A stretch of DNA of 64,000 nucleotides from an uncultured delta proteobacterium (lineage in GTDB: Bacteria; Myxococcota; Myxococcia; Myxococcales; Myxococcaceae): assembly GCA_963713045.1 (NCBI GenBank), contig CAVQKE010000003.1:896001-960000 (forward strand). The letters run 5' to 3'. The notes beneath the pieces are model-generated. The model did no database searches and was not told the DNA's origin. It was given only the letters and a program-made list of their open reading frames with translations. Position 1 is the stretch's first letter. Every line of letters begins with the position of its first letter. Both the position numbers and the translations under genes were made by a program. Positions 19,053-28,944 of the stretch are shown here, in pieces.

Positions 19053-19987
19053 ATGATGAACGAGAAGAAGACCCGCCCAGCGCCTCCCGTGGAAGTCATC
19101 CGGCGCCCGTCGCTCGCCGGGCCCGCCCGCCCCACGACACGGGGGGCGCCTGCTCGGCCTCCTCCCGGGCGCCGGGCTCCGCTCCAGCCCCCAACGGCCG
19201 CCCAAATTCAAGCACTCGCCATTCGCGAGCGCGTTCCGGCGCGCATTGCTCGCGGCGAACTCGACGGAAAGATGAAGGCGCGGGTTTGGCGGAAACTCCA
19301 CGCCGAGGAAGCCCGCCGTTTCGACGAGGCGTACCAGCTGGTGGCCCACACCCCGGGGCTGGCCCTTGAGGATGCTTTCGCCTTGCTCCAGTCGGGTCTC
19401 AGCGTTGAGGAGCTCCGGGCGCGACGAGCGCGGACGGCGCGCCGCGTCGACCTGCGCGATGCGCGCCGCGGGGTGGCAGCTGAAACCATCGACCGCTGGC
19501 TCGCGACGCGAATCCAAGAGAGAAGCCCGCTGGCGGTGGTGCTCGCCGACCGTACGGTGCTCGACGTGTTGAGCGGCATCCAGCCTCTAGCGCTCGCGCT
19601 CGAACGGGGGGAAGGGTCGAGAAACTGCAGGTGGTGCTGCTGACCCAAGCCCAGACGTGGGAGCAGGCCCAGCCGACGCTACCGCGCGACGCGCGCCTGG
19701 CGCAGCGCCCGGCGCCGGTGGCTCGCGAGCCCGACCGGCGACCGGTGTCCGACCCGCGGCCTCTGCTGGAGCACGCCGGGAAGAACGTCCGGCTCGAACT
19801 CCGCAATGGCCTGGTGGTGGAACGACCCCTATTGGCAGTGGGCCCCTACGACTTGCTGGTGGGCACCGAGGCAGAGGAGTTCCTCGTCCCGTTGCACGCG
19901 CTGATGGCTTGGACGGCTGGCGTGGCCGCTGCCCCGTCAGCCTCGGCCCCTCCGTCGGCGGCAGACTCCGCCGGCCGCGGAGTCTAA
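19053..19987 (+). pseudogene. Hypothetical protein split by a 1-nt frameshift in a G6 run; Sm/Hfq-like C-terminal part
   Basis: ORFs 19053-19643 and 19631-19987 join as ...LERGGRVEKLQVVLLTQA... if one G is added at 19606-19611. This may be a sequencing indel rather than a real pseudogene. Confidence 0.65.
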
Positions 19988-20751
19988 GGACTTCCCGCAC
20001 CCACGCCGGAAATGCCCAGTCGCAGCCGAAGGCGGTCCTCGAGCTTGCGGAGGTCCTCCAGCGAGGCGGGGGCGACGCCGCTGGTTTGGCCGGTGCCTAG
20101 CGCCGCGGCAACCGCCCGCAGCGCCGACTCGTCGTCCGCTCGAAGCGCCTGAATCAACCCGGCGGCCGTCTCGAAAAGTTCCCGCAGCTCGTCGCCCGAG
20201 CGGAGCGAGTGGGTCGGCACATCCCGGCGCCCCTCCGCCAGCTGCTCCAGCAGCCGACGTACGCGGTACACCGGCCCCGCAATCTTGTGGGTGGCAACAA
20301 TTGAGGCCGCCACCACGCCGGCGACGAAGACCAGCAGGCTCACCAGCAAGACCCACGTGGCGCGGCGCTGCTCGCGCTCCAGCGCCGTCCTCTGGGAGAT
20401 GACGGCCTGGTGTTCCCGCTGGTAGGCCTCGTCGATGGCCTGCGACTGGCGCTCCAGAGCAGCGGCGAATGCCGGGTCATCGAAGCGCTCGAGGAGGTTC
20501 TTCCCAAGGGCCGCGTTCCCGAGCTCCCGGCTCGCCAGGGCGGCCGATTCGCGCGCTTCGACCGCTCCCTGCGCCTGCTCCGAGAGCGCCGAGGCAGCCC
20601 GCGCCAGAAACACTCCGAGGAGCGCCGCCGCACAGAGTGCGCTGGTCAACGCGAGCAGCGTAAAGCGGAGCTGCAGCGGTGCATCCAAGAGGTAGTTGCG
20701 CAGCTGGCGCTGGGACCTCAGAGCGGCGGGGGCTTCATCGGGTTCAGCCAT
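19984..20751 (-). CDS. Two-TM HAMP-domain protein with no output domain
   Basis: Likely start MAEPDE at 20751 after GAGGAGG; TM-periplasmic-TM then THKIAGPVYR...LRSGDEL HAMP-like segment. Confidence 0.75.
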   Translation of the reverse strand: MAEPDEAPAALRSQRQLRNYLLDAPLQLRFTLLALTSALCAAALLGVFLARAASALSEQAQGAVEARESAALASRELGNAALGKNLLERFDDPAFAAALERQSQAIDEAYQREHQAVISQRTALEREQRRATWVLLVSLLVFVAGVVAASIVATHKIAGPVYRVRRLLEQLAEGRRDVPTHSLRSGDELRELFETAAGLIQALRADDESALRAVAAALGTGQTSGVAPASLEDLRKLEDRLRLRLGISGVGAGSP

Positions 20752-20761
20752 GGCACCCTCC

Positions 20762-21568
20762 TCAAAGCTTCCATTCAAACGTCGTGGCGAGATCTTGCAG
20801 CAGCCGCGGGACAAGCGCTCGAAGAGCATCCTCCGGGCGGCCTCCGCTGGCCCGTCCCGCCACCTCGCCGAGGACCTGCTGGTCAGGATAGCTGAGGCAC
20901 ACCATGACCACGGCCACCTCGGCGCCCTTTCGAGCCAAACGGGTGCGAATCTGAAACCCTTGCAGCTGCGCAGTGGCCAGCGTGGCGCGAACCGCCGTGC
21001 GGTCCTCGGGTTCCGGCGCGACCTGGGCGCCCATCCACCGCAACCGGCTGACAAGGCGTGCGTGGGCCAAGGACAACAGCGCGGCATCTGCTGGCGGGTC
21101 GCTGTCGTCCACGACGGCAGTCACCGCGACATACACCTTAGGGCGTCGCTCCCGGACTTCCCGCAGGGTGGCCACGGCCCGGGCCACTTCTTGACGGGCC
21201 AAGTCATCCGAGTCGCTTCCATGGGCCAGCAGGCAGTCCAAGGCGGCAGCGTCGTGCAAGCTGGGCAGACTGCGTGCGACAGCGGCCCGCACCAGCGGCT
21301 CGGGATCCCCCAGTGCTTTGCACAGGGGTACCAGCGCGGACGGGTCCTCGGTTGCTCCGAGGGTGAGCGCCGCTTGAACGCGCGCGCGTGGGTCCTGGGC
21401 GGTGGTGAGCTGTCGCACCAGAAACGCCCAGCGCGCATCGGCATCGGCGGAGGCCCCACTGGCCGCCAGCAGGAGCAGCGCGCACAGCGATTGACGTCGG
21501 GCACGGAGCCACCACAGGAAGCGATGCAACGGCCAGCCCCCGGCCGCGCCCGCACTCACCACGTACAT
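20762..21568 (-). CDS. Exported HEAT-repeat protein
   Basis: Signal-like LCALLLLAASGA; repeats DPRARVQAALTLG / DPEPLVRAAVARSL / DSDDLARQEVARA; start codon uncertain. Confidence 0.72.
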   Translation of the reverse strand: MYVVSAGAAGGWPLHRFLWWLRARRQSLCALLLLAASGASADADARWAFLVRQLTTAQDPRARVQAALTLGATEDPSALVPLCKALGDPEPLVRAAVARSLPSLHDAAALDCLLAHGSDSDDLARQEVARAVATLREVRERRPKVYVAVTAVVDDSDPPADAALLSLAHARLVSRLRWMGAQVAPEPEDRTAVRATLATAQLQGFQIRTRLARKGAEVAVVMVCLSYPDQQVLGEVAGRASGGRPEDALRALVPRLLQDLATTFEWKL

Positions 21569-21825
21569 GCCCCACCCCGGGTGGCCGCCTGGACGGCGGC
21601 GGGCTCGCCCGGAGAGGACCGATGTCTGGGGAGCCTGGGCGGCGTCGGGACAGGGGCGAGCGCGGTCCAGGCAGCAAAGGGGGGGCTGGTCACAGGGGGT
21701 GTCTTGGAATGTAGCAAGGGCCGGCCCCCCTTCGTGCAGCCGGCGGTCGGCGGGGGTCCTCGGGCGGTGTGGGCGCATGGCGCAGACCCTGCGTCCCGGA
21801 CGCCTCTTGGGTATATGCCTTGTCC

Positions 21826-24525
21826 ATGTCCAGCATCCGCGCCGCTGCCCAGCTTCGGGAGGCCTTCCTGCGCTACTTCGAGCAGCGCGGGCACACTCGC
21901 GTGCCCTCGTCCTCGCTCGTTCCGTCCAATGACCCGACGCTCCTCTTCACCAATGCCGGAATGGTTCAGTTTAAGGACGTCTTTACCGGTCGCGAGACGC
22001 GGCCCTACGTCCGCGCAACGTCCTCTCAGAAGTGTGTCCGGGCAGGCGGCAAGCACAACGACTTGGACAACGTCGGCTTCACCGCGCGACACCACACGTT
22101 TTTCGAGATGCTGGGGAACTTCTCCTTCGGCGACTACTTCAAGCAGGACGCCGTGGAATTTGCCTGGGACTTTGTCACCCGGGAGCTCGGAATGGCTCCC
22201 GACCGGCTGGCGGCCACCGTCTTCGCCGGAGACAAGGGCATCCCCTGGGACGAGGTGGCCTTTGGGCTGTGGCGAAAGCACGGCCTTCCCGAGGAGCGAA
22301 TCCAACGGCTCGGCTACAAGGACAACTTCTGGGCCATGGGGGATACCGGCCCCTGCGGCCCCTGCTCGGAAATCCACTTCTTCCAGGGCGACGACCTTCC
22401 ATGCGGTGAGGAAGCCGCGGGACGCCGCTGTCAGGGCGTGGCTTGTGAGTGCGACCGCTGGCTGGAAGTCTGGAACCTGGTCTTCATGCAGTTTGAGCGG
22501 CGAGAGAAAGACGGGCCGCTGTCGCCGCTGCCTCGGCCGTCCATCGACACCGGAGCAGGGCTGGAGCGCATGGCGGCGGTGGTGCAGGGGGTCCGCAGCA
22601 ATTACGACACCGACCTGTTCACGCCGCTGCTCGAACGGGCGGCGCAGCTGAGTGGAAAGCGCTACGGCCGGGATGCCGCCGACGATGCGGCGATGCGCGT
22701 CGTTGCCGACCACAGCCGCGCCACGGCATTCCTTATCTCGGACGGCGTTCAGCCCTCCAACGAAGGCCGAGGCTATGTCCTACGTCGCATCATGCGCCGG
22801 GCCATCCGCTACGGTGCGCGGCTGGGCCTCGACGAGCCGTTCTTGGACCAAACGGTGGACCGCGTCGTTGAGTTGATGGCGCCGGCCTACCCCGAGCTGC
22901 GGGAAAACCGCAGCTTCGTGCTGTCCGCCACCCGCCACGAAGAGGAGTCCTTCCGTCGAACCCTGGACCGGGGGCTGCGCCTCATCGACGAGGAGATTGG
23001 CAAAGTCCGGGCAGCGAAGGGCGCAGCGCTCCCGGGCGAGGTGGTATTTTTCCTACACGGGACCCATGGGTTCCCCTGGGACCTCACCCAGCTGATTGCC
23101 CGCGAACGGGGGCTGGACATCGACCTCGAGGTCTATGAGAGGCTGATGGAGAACGAGCGGGAGCGGGGCAGCTTCGGGGGTTCGGGAGACAGGGCCATTG
23201 AAGAGCTGTGGCCCCAGCTGCGGGCGCGGCTTGGGAAGGACACCGAATTTCTCGGCTACCAGGGGGCGGGCGAGCAGGGAGACGGGCGGGTTGTGGCCCT
23301 GGTGTCCGAGGGCCGGGAAGTCGCACAAGCGACGGCTCCGGCAACGGTGGAAATGGTGACCGACCGCACACCTTTTTATGGCGAGGCCGGCGGCCAGGTG
23401 GGAGACACCGGGCGCCTTGAACGAGGTGACGGCGGCGTACGAGGCATGGTGCTCGACGCCCAACGGCCAGTCTCGGGCCTGGTGAGCCACCAGGTGCAGC
23501 TCGAGACTGGGGTGTTGCGGGTGGGAGACGACGTCCATCTGACGGTGGACGCCGAGCGGCGGAACTCCATCCGCCGCAACCACTCCGCGACGCACCTGCT
23601 TCACCGGGCGCTCAAAGTGGTGCTGGGCGACCATGTGAAGCAGGCCGGTTCGGTGGTGGCGCCGGACTACCTTCGTTTCGACTATGCGCACTTTCAGGCT
23701 CCCACCAGCGCCGAGTTGGAGCGCGTGGAGGACCTGGTGAACGGCTGGATTCGCGACAATACCGACGCCTCCACCCGGGTGATGGGGCTGGACGAGGCCA
23801 AGGCAGCCGGCGCGGTGGCCCTCTTCGGCGAGAAGTATGGAGACCGAGTTCGGGTGGTGAGTGTCCACCCGGAATCCACCGAGTTGTGCGGTGGCACCCA
23901 TGTGCGCCGAAGCGGCGACATCGGCCTCTTCAAAATTACCGGCGAGTCCTCCATCGCCTCCGGCGTTCGCCGAATTGTGGCCCTCACCGGAAGCGGCGCG
24001 CTCACCTGGGTGCGGGACCTGGAGCACGAGATGCGGCGGGCGGCGGAGGTGCTGAAGACATCTCCCAAGGAATTGGTAAAGCGGGTGGAGGCGAACCAGC
24101 GGCGCGTCAAGGAGCTGGAACGAGAAGTGGAAGCCGTGGCGCTCCGGGCCAGCTCTGGAGCCGGCGACGCTTTGGCCCAAGTGCGCGAGGTGAATGGCAT
24201 CAAAGTCCTCGCCACCCGCGTCGAGCCGGCCGACGCCAAACGCTACCGGGGCCTCGCCGACCAGTACCGCGACCGGATGAAGTCAGGGGTGGTGGTGGTG
24301 TGGGGTGAGAAGGACGGCAAGGGCCTGGTGCTGGTGGCGGCCACCAAGGACCTCGTGGCCAAAGGCCTGTCGGCAGGCGACCTGGTACGTGAGGTGGCTC
24401 GGGAGACCGGGGGAGCTGGGGGTGGGAAGGCGGACCTTGCTCAGGCCGGCGGAGCGGACCCAGCATTGCTGGCCGACGCGGTGGAGCACTTGGTGGCTCG
24501 CGTTGGCGCCCCCCTCCCGGGGTAA
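21826..24525 (+). CDS. alaS: Alanine--tRNA ligase
   Basis: DPTLLFTNAGM, RHHTFFEMLGNFSFGDYFK, HSATHLL, ELCGGTH and GGGK DHHA1; ATG at 21826. Confidence 0.98.
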   Translation: MSSIRAAAQLREAFLRYFEQRGHTRVPSSSLVPSNDPTLLFTNAGMVQFKDVFTGRETRPYVRATSSQKCVRAGGKHNDLDNVGFTARHHTFFEMLGNFSFGDYFKQDAVEFAWDFVTRELGMAPDRLAATVFAGDKGIPWDEVAFGLWRKHGLPEERIQRLGYKDNFWAMGDTGPCGPCSEIHFFQGDDLPCGEEAAGRRCQGVACECDRWLEVWNLVFMQFERREKDGPLSPLPRPSIDTGAGLERMAAVVQGVRSNYDTDLFTPLLERAAQLSGKRYGRDAADDAAMRVVADHSRATAFLISDGVQPSNEGRGYVLRRIMRRAIRYGARLGLDEPFLDQTVDRVVELMAPAYPELRENRSFVLSATRHEEESFRRTLDRGLRLIDEEIGKVRAAKGAALPGEVVFFLHGTHGFPWDLTQLIARERGLDIDLEVYERLMENERERGSFGGSGDRAIEELWPQLRARLGKDTEFLGYQGAGEQGDGRVVALVSEGREVAQATAPATVEMVTDRTPFYGEAGGQVGDTGRLERGDGGVRGMVLDAQRPVSGLVSHQVQLETGVLRVGDDVHLTVDAERRNSIRRNHSATHLLHRALKVVLGDHVKQAGSVVAPDYLRFDYAHFQAPTSAELERVEDLVNGWIRDNTDASTRVMGLDEAKAAGAVALFGEKYGDRVRVVSVHPESTELCGGTHVRRSGDIGLFKITGESSIASGVRRIVALTGSGALTWVRDLEHEMRRAAEVLKTSPKELVKRVEANQRRVKELEREVEAVALRASSGAGDALAQVREVNGIKVLATRVEPADAKRYRGLADQYRDRMKSGVVVVWGEKDGKGLVLVAATKDLVAKGLSAGDLVREVARETGGAGGGKADLAQAGGADPALLADAVEHLVARVGAPLPG

Positions 24526-24552
24526 GTTCTTGCAAAGCGGTCTGTCCGGGCG

Positions 24553-27393
24553 ATGTTGATGCCGGACTTCCGCCCCGCCCAGATGGATTTCACGCCGCTC
24601 CGCATCCGTTTGCCCTTTGGCAGCGAGGAAGAGTTCATCGAGAGATACGGCGTGCACGTCGGCCGGGATGGCTTCTTTCTCGCCACCCGTTCCCCCAAGG
24701 AGGTCGGCACGAAGCTGGCCTTCGAGTTGGTGCTCTCCGACAGCTCGCCGCTGCTGTCTGGACAAGGCGTGGTGGCGAGGACGGTGGCCGGGACGCGCGC
24801 CGGGATGGTGGTGCGCTTCCTCCATCTGGACGGCGCCGGGGCGGCGCTGGTGGAACGCATCGTCTCCGCGCGGCGTGGCGAGGGAACCGCGCCCGAGGCC
24901 GTCGCGGGCGCTCCAGCGGCGTCGGCGCCCTCTGCCTCGGAAGCCCAAACCTGGCTGGCCGACCCCACGCGAGACGTCGCCCGCGTCACCGGACTGGGGG
25001 ACGCCACCCGGCCGCGCACTAGCCCGGCCCCTACCCCGGTTGCCGCCCGCGCACCGTCTGCGCCGCCGAAGCGGGTTTCCGTCCACGAAGCGCCGACGTG
25101 GCCGGGGGACCCAACCCGGGACGTGGTGCGGATTGCCCCCTCCGGGCAGCCGGCGCCGTGGCCAGGCCCCACAGCCAGCCCGCTCCCGGTCGCTCCGCCC
25201 CCCTCCGCCCCGGCACCCTCCGCCCCCCAGGCTTCCTCCAGTCCAGCGCCGGCCGTCCCGTTCCATCTTCGGCCGACACCGGCCTTGGGGGTTCCCGAGG
25301 CACAGTCCGCGGCGATGCGGGTCCACACGGCAATCACGCCGGTGCGGGGCATCCCCGCGCTGGGCGTCGAGCTGGTAGCCCTCCTCAGCCAGTCAGACGC
25401 AACCGCAGCGCGAAGCGGCACCGAGGACACCCTGCTGAAGCGACCGACACCCGGTGAACCTCCCCCCGCACCGAAGGCGACGTTCACGGAGACGCCCGCC
25501 ACCGCAGATGAAGCTCGCGCGGTGGCCCCGACTCCGTTGCCTGCCCCGCCAGCGGCGGAAGCGCCCACCAAGCTCGCGGCGGACATCCCCCCCCGAGCCG
25601 AGGTGCCGGCGCCTTCAGCCCCGGCAGCTCCAGCGAGGACGTCACCGTCGAGCGAAGCCATTCCGCTTCCCGCGCCGTCACCAGCCCAGCCCAAGGTGGC
25701 GCCGCCCGCGAAACCCGACGCCTCCCGACCGGCTGCCCAGCCAGCGCCGGAGGTCGCCCGCAGTCCTCAGGAGGCCCCGCCCGAGGCCGGGGCGGCTCCG
25801 CCTCCCGCGGCTGGCGCTGCTGCCGGCGCCTCCCCGGCGGTGGCCCCAGGACTCGCCTCTGCGGTGCTTGGCCTGGACGTGGGGACGACTTCCGCACGGC
25901 TGGCGTGGGCCCACGAGGGCCGAGTGGAACTCCTACCCCCCGACATCGACGGACTTCACCAGGTGCTCGCCTGCCGGTTGGTGCGTGACGCGCACGGCGT
26001 GCTGCGGGTGCTGCAGCACGGGGAAGCCGACGAAGCCCTCTGGGTGGGTAGCCCTGTCACGCTTCTGGGCATGCGCGCTGACTCACCAGCCATCCGCACT
26101 CTGGTGCGGCGGTGGCCCGTCCCGGTGGTAGCCGACGAGCGGGGGGAGGTGGCCTTCGACTGGGCCGGGGTGACGGTCACGGCCGTGGAGTTGGTGGCTG
26201 CGCTGCTGCGTAGCTTGCGCGCCGCGGCGGAGCGCCGCACCGGCCGCTCGTGTACCCATGGCGTGCTGGTGGTGCCGGCGGCTTTTAACCTTCTGCAGCG
26301 CGCGCGGTTTCGCGAGGCGGCCGAACGCGCGGGCCTCACCGTCCTGCGGCTCCTGCAGGCGCCCACCGCCGCCGCGCTGGCGTACGCCCAGGACCGCGGC
26401 CTGGCCCGCAAGCGGGTGTTGGTGTGGCGAATGGGCGCCGCGACCTGCGACGCGGCGGTGGTGGCGGTATCGGGAAATGACTTGGATGTCGTCTCTTGCG
26501 GCGGAGACGGCGCCCTGGGCGGAGTCAACTTCGACGAGCAGCTTGCGCTGGGCTTGGACAAGACGGCCCGCAGCGACCCGACACGGCTCCGCTTGCGGGT
26601 GGCCCAAGCAGAGCGCCTGAAGCAAAGCCTCAGCCTCAGCGAGCGCGGAGTGGTGCCTCCGGCCGTGCCTGGGGAACCGGTCATTGAGGTGACCCGGGAG
26701 GACTTCCAGCTGCGCACTGCGGCGCTCGTCGAGCGCAGCGTGTTGCTCGCACAGGACGTGCTGCGGGCCGCCGGGCTCAGCGCGGAAAACATCGACGCCC
26801 TGGTGCTCTCGGGCGGGATGGCGCATGTGCCCCACGTCCGTCGGGCGGTGGAGACGGCCTTTGGAAAATCTGCCGCCGCCACCGACGTGGACGGAGGTCC
26901 CGCCCTCGGAGCGGCCTTGTTGGCAGCCGCCCTCAGCGCACCGGCCGTCAGCGGCCGAGCTCGCTCCAACGTGGTGGAGGTGTTGGCCGTGCCGCTGGAA
27001 GCGGTGGCACCCGAATTTGGTCACCAGCGCGCTTTCGAGCGCAACACCCGGCTACCGGCGGAGAAGACGCTTCCTCTGCCGCTGGCCGCCAACCAGCCTT
27101 TGGAGGTGCAAGTCTTTCAGGGCGTCGCGCGCGCGCCCGACCCGCGCAGTTTCCTCGGACTGTTGCACTCGGGCGGGGTGGAGCGTGACGGAGAATGGGC
27201 GTTGCACCTCGGGCTGACCGCGGACGGCCTCTTACAGGCCGCGGTAACGCCTCCGGGCGCCAAGCGACGGCCGTTGACGCTGGTGGCCGCCCCGGCACCG
27301 GCCGAAGCCGAGCAGCAGGCGGCGACGCTTGATGAAGTCGACCCCGCCGCCCGCCTGCTGGGTGGGCTGAAGAGGCTGTTTGGTAAGAAGTGA
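24553..27393 (+). CDS. Myxococcales TIGR02266-like (PilZ-like) domain + Pro/Ala linker + degenerate Hsp70 domain
   Basis: N-terminal LRIRLPF..EEEFIERY...GFFLAT...GMVVRF; Hsp70 motifs LGLDVGTT, VPAAF, PTAAALAY, LGGVNFD. Confidence 0.8.
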   Translation: MLMPDFRPAQMDFTPLRIRLPFGSEEEFIERYGVHVGRDGFFLATRSPKEVGTKLAFELVLSDSSPLLSGQGVVARTVAGTRAGMVVRFLHLDGAGAALVERIVSARRGEGTAPEAVAGAPAASAPSASEAQTWLADPTRDVARVTGLGDATRPRTSPAPTPVAARAPSAPPKRVSVHEAPTWPGDPTRDVVRIAPSGQPAPWPGPTASPLPVAPPPSAPAPSAPQASSSPAPAVPFHLRPTPALGVPEAQSAAMRVHTAITPVRGIPALGVELVALLSQSDATAARSGTEDTLLKRPTPGEPPPAPKATFTETPATADEARAVAPTPLPAPPAAEAPTKLAADIPPRAEVPAPSAPAAPARTSPSSEAIPLPAPSPAQPKVAPPAKPDASRPAAQPAPEVARSPQEAPPEAGAAPPPAAGAAAGASPAVAPGLASAVLGLDVGTTSARLAWAHEGRVELLPPDIDGLHQVLACRLVRDAHGVLRVLQHGEADEALWVGSPVTLLGMRADSPAIRTLVRRWPVPVVADERGEVAFDWAGVTVTAVELVAALLRSLRAAAERRTGRSCTHGVLVVPAAFNLLQRARFREAAERAGLTVLRLLQAPTAAALAYAQDRGLARKRVLVWRMGAATCDAAVVAVSGNDLDVVSCGGDGALGGVNFDEQLALGLDKTARSDPTRLRLRVAQAERLKQSLSLSERGVVPPAVPGEPVIEVTREDFQLRTAALVERSVLLAQDVLRAAGLSAENIDALVLSGGMAHVPHVRRAVETAFGKSAAATDVDGGPALGAALLAAALSAPAVSGRARSNVVEVLAVPLEAVAPEFGHQRAFERNTRLPAEKTLPLPLAANQPLEVQVFQGVARAPDPRSFLGLLHSGGVERDGEWALHLGLTADGLLQAAVTPPGAKRRPLTLVAAPAPAEAEQQAATLDEVDPAARLLGGLKRLFGKK

Positions 27394-27417
27394 CGTGAAG
27401 AAGGCGCCTCCGGCCGA

Positions 27418-28755
27418 CTACAGGGCGCCGACGGCCAGCAGGTGGCCGACGCTTGGGTCTTCAGCGTAAGCGGCCAGCAGGTGGTCTGCCGGGGAACGGC
27501 CGCTCTGGGCCGTGTCCTCCAGGGGTTCGAGCAGGGGCGCGTCCTCTGGGTCCAAGCGGCGCAGCCCCTCTTTGGCGATTCGCACCATTTCGACAGCCAG
27601 CTCGCCAATGCGGGTCCCTCGAAGCATCCCGTGTAAGCCGAGGCGCTGCGCCTCGGCGTGGAAGGCGAGGTGGTCGGCGAAGGAGAGCTTGGGAAAAAGG
27701 CGCCCGGCGTCCTCCATCGCCTGGGCGTCATAAAGCAAACCTCGCCACAATGCGGCCATCGCGCCGGCGGTCGCGGCCGAGCCGCTGTCGGCAGAGCGGA
27801 CTTCCAAAACGGACTTCAGGCGCACCTCGGGGAAGAGGGTCGATAGGTGGTCGACCCAGTCCGATGCCAGCGCCGGAGTCCCCTCGTACCCGTGCAGAAG
27901 GAGGGCCCGGAAGGTGAGGTCCGGACTGACGTAGCGGCCAGCGCGGCGCAGAAACAGCAAGGGCGCATCGAGCGCCCACTCGACGTAGGCCTGGTAACTG
28001 AAAGAGCCGTCGACGAGGGCTGGGAAGTAGCCACACCGCGTCGGGTCGACCTCGTTCCAGACGCGGCTTCGGTAGCTTTGCCAACCGACTGGCCGCCCCT
28101 GGACGAGCGGGCTGTTGGCGTAGAGCGCGACCAACACCGGCGCCAGGCGGGCCGCCAGCGTCACCTTCCGCGCGCAGTCAGCTTCGTCCGCCCAGTCGAG
28201 CGAGACTTGGGTGGTGCAGGTCATCAGCATCATGTCGAGCGCCAGCCGGCCGCGCTTGCCGAGGGTCTCGCGCATCGCCGCGTAGCGCGCCTTCGGCATC
28301 CACGGCATTTGGTCGGTGGTACCCCAGGGCCGGTAGCCAAAGCACACCGGGATGAGGTCCAGCGACCTGGCGGCCGCCCGCAGCTCAGCTGCGTTGAGCA
28401 AGTTCTCCGTTTGCGCCTCGCGAGCCGTGGGGAATGGGGACCCGGACAATTCGACCTGCCCCCCGGGCTCGAGGGAAACGGTGAGGCGAGGCTTGACCAG
28501 GGCGATGGTGGGCCCGCCGGGGGTTTCGCGAAAGGGCTGGTAGCCCGCCGGCTGCATGGCTTCGAGGAGCGCGCCAATGCCGTTGGGCCCAGCAAAAGCC
28601 ACGGGTTGGGAGGAGCCCCGCGCGTACACCAAGCGCTCGTGCTCCAGGCCGACGCGGAACGCGCTGGCGGGCTTCTCCGCGGCGCGAAAGCCGTCGACCA
28701 GGCTCTGGACGGTGCTGAGCGCTCGGACGTCGGAGGGGGCGCGGTCGAGAGTCAT
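27418..28755 (-). CDS. gshA: Glutamate--cysteine ligase (GCS2 family)
   Basis: VGLEHE, SLEPGGQVELSG, WMPKARY, ANSP, HLSTLFPEVRLK, EVRSAD. Confidence 0.88.
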   Translation of the reverse strand: MTLDRAPSDVRALSTVQSLVDGFRAAEKPASAFRVGLEHERLVYARGSSQPVAFAGPNGIGALLEAMQPAGYQPFRETPGGPTIALVKPRLTVSLEPGGQVELSGSPFPTAREAQTENLLNAAELRAAARSLDLIPVCFGYRPWGTTDQMPWMPKARYAAMRETLGKRGRLALDMMLMTCTTQVSLDWADEADCARKVTLAARLAPVLVALYANSPLVQGRPVGWQSYRSRVWNEVDPTRCGYFPALVDGSFSYQAYVEWALDAPLLFLRRAGRYVSPDLTFRALLLHGYEGTPALASDWVDHLSTLFPEVRLKSVLEVRSADSGSAATAGAMAALWRGLLYDAQAMEDAGRLFPKLSFADHLAFHAEAQRLGLHGMLRGTRIGELAVEMVRIAKEGLRRLDPEDAPLLEPLEDTAQSGRSPADHLLAAYAEDPSVGHLLAVGAL

Positions 28756-28944
28756 GAGCCGGGGAGAAGCGGGCAGCCTCTATAACCTGGGCCGGCCGGT
28801 CGGCGCCTCATTCGCCGCCCGGGCGCCACACGGTTACCTTGAAGGGCCTCCGGCCCGGCGATTAGAGTCGTTGGCAGGAAGCATATCCCTCCTCCACTGT
28901 TGTCCTGACTCTCCGGGGCGCCTTTCCTCTGGGGCCCTCACTCT

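Noticed and set aside
20696..22651. 651-aa plus-strand ORF
   Set aside because: Overlaps the HEAT gene (antisense) and alaS (other frame); low-complexity Arg/Pro/Ser translation typical of high-GC noise.
24880..25860. Possible tandem DNA repeat in the Pro/Ala-rich linker (DPTRDV occurs twice)
   Set aside because: Protein-level low complexity with one short duplicated motif; no regular repeat or spacer array.
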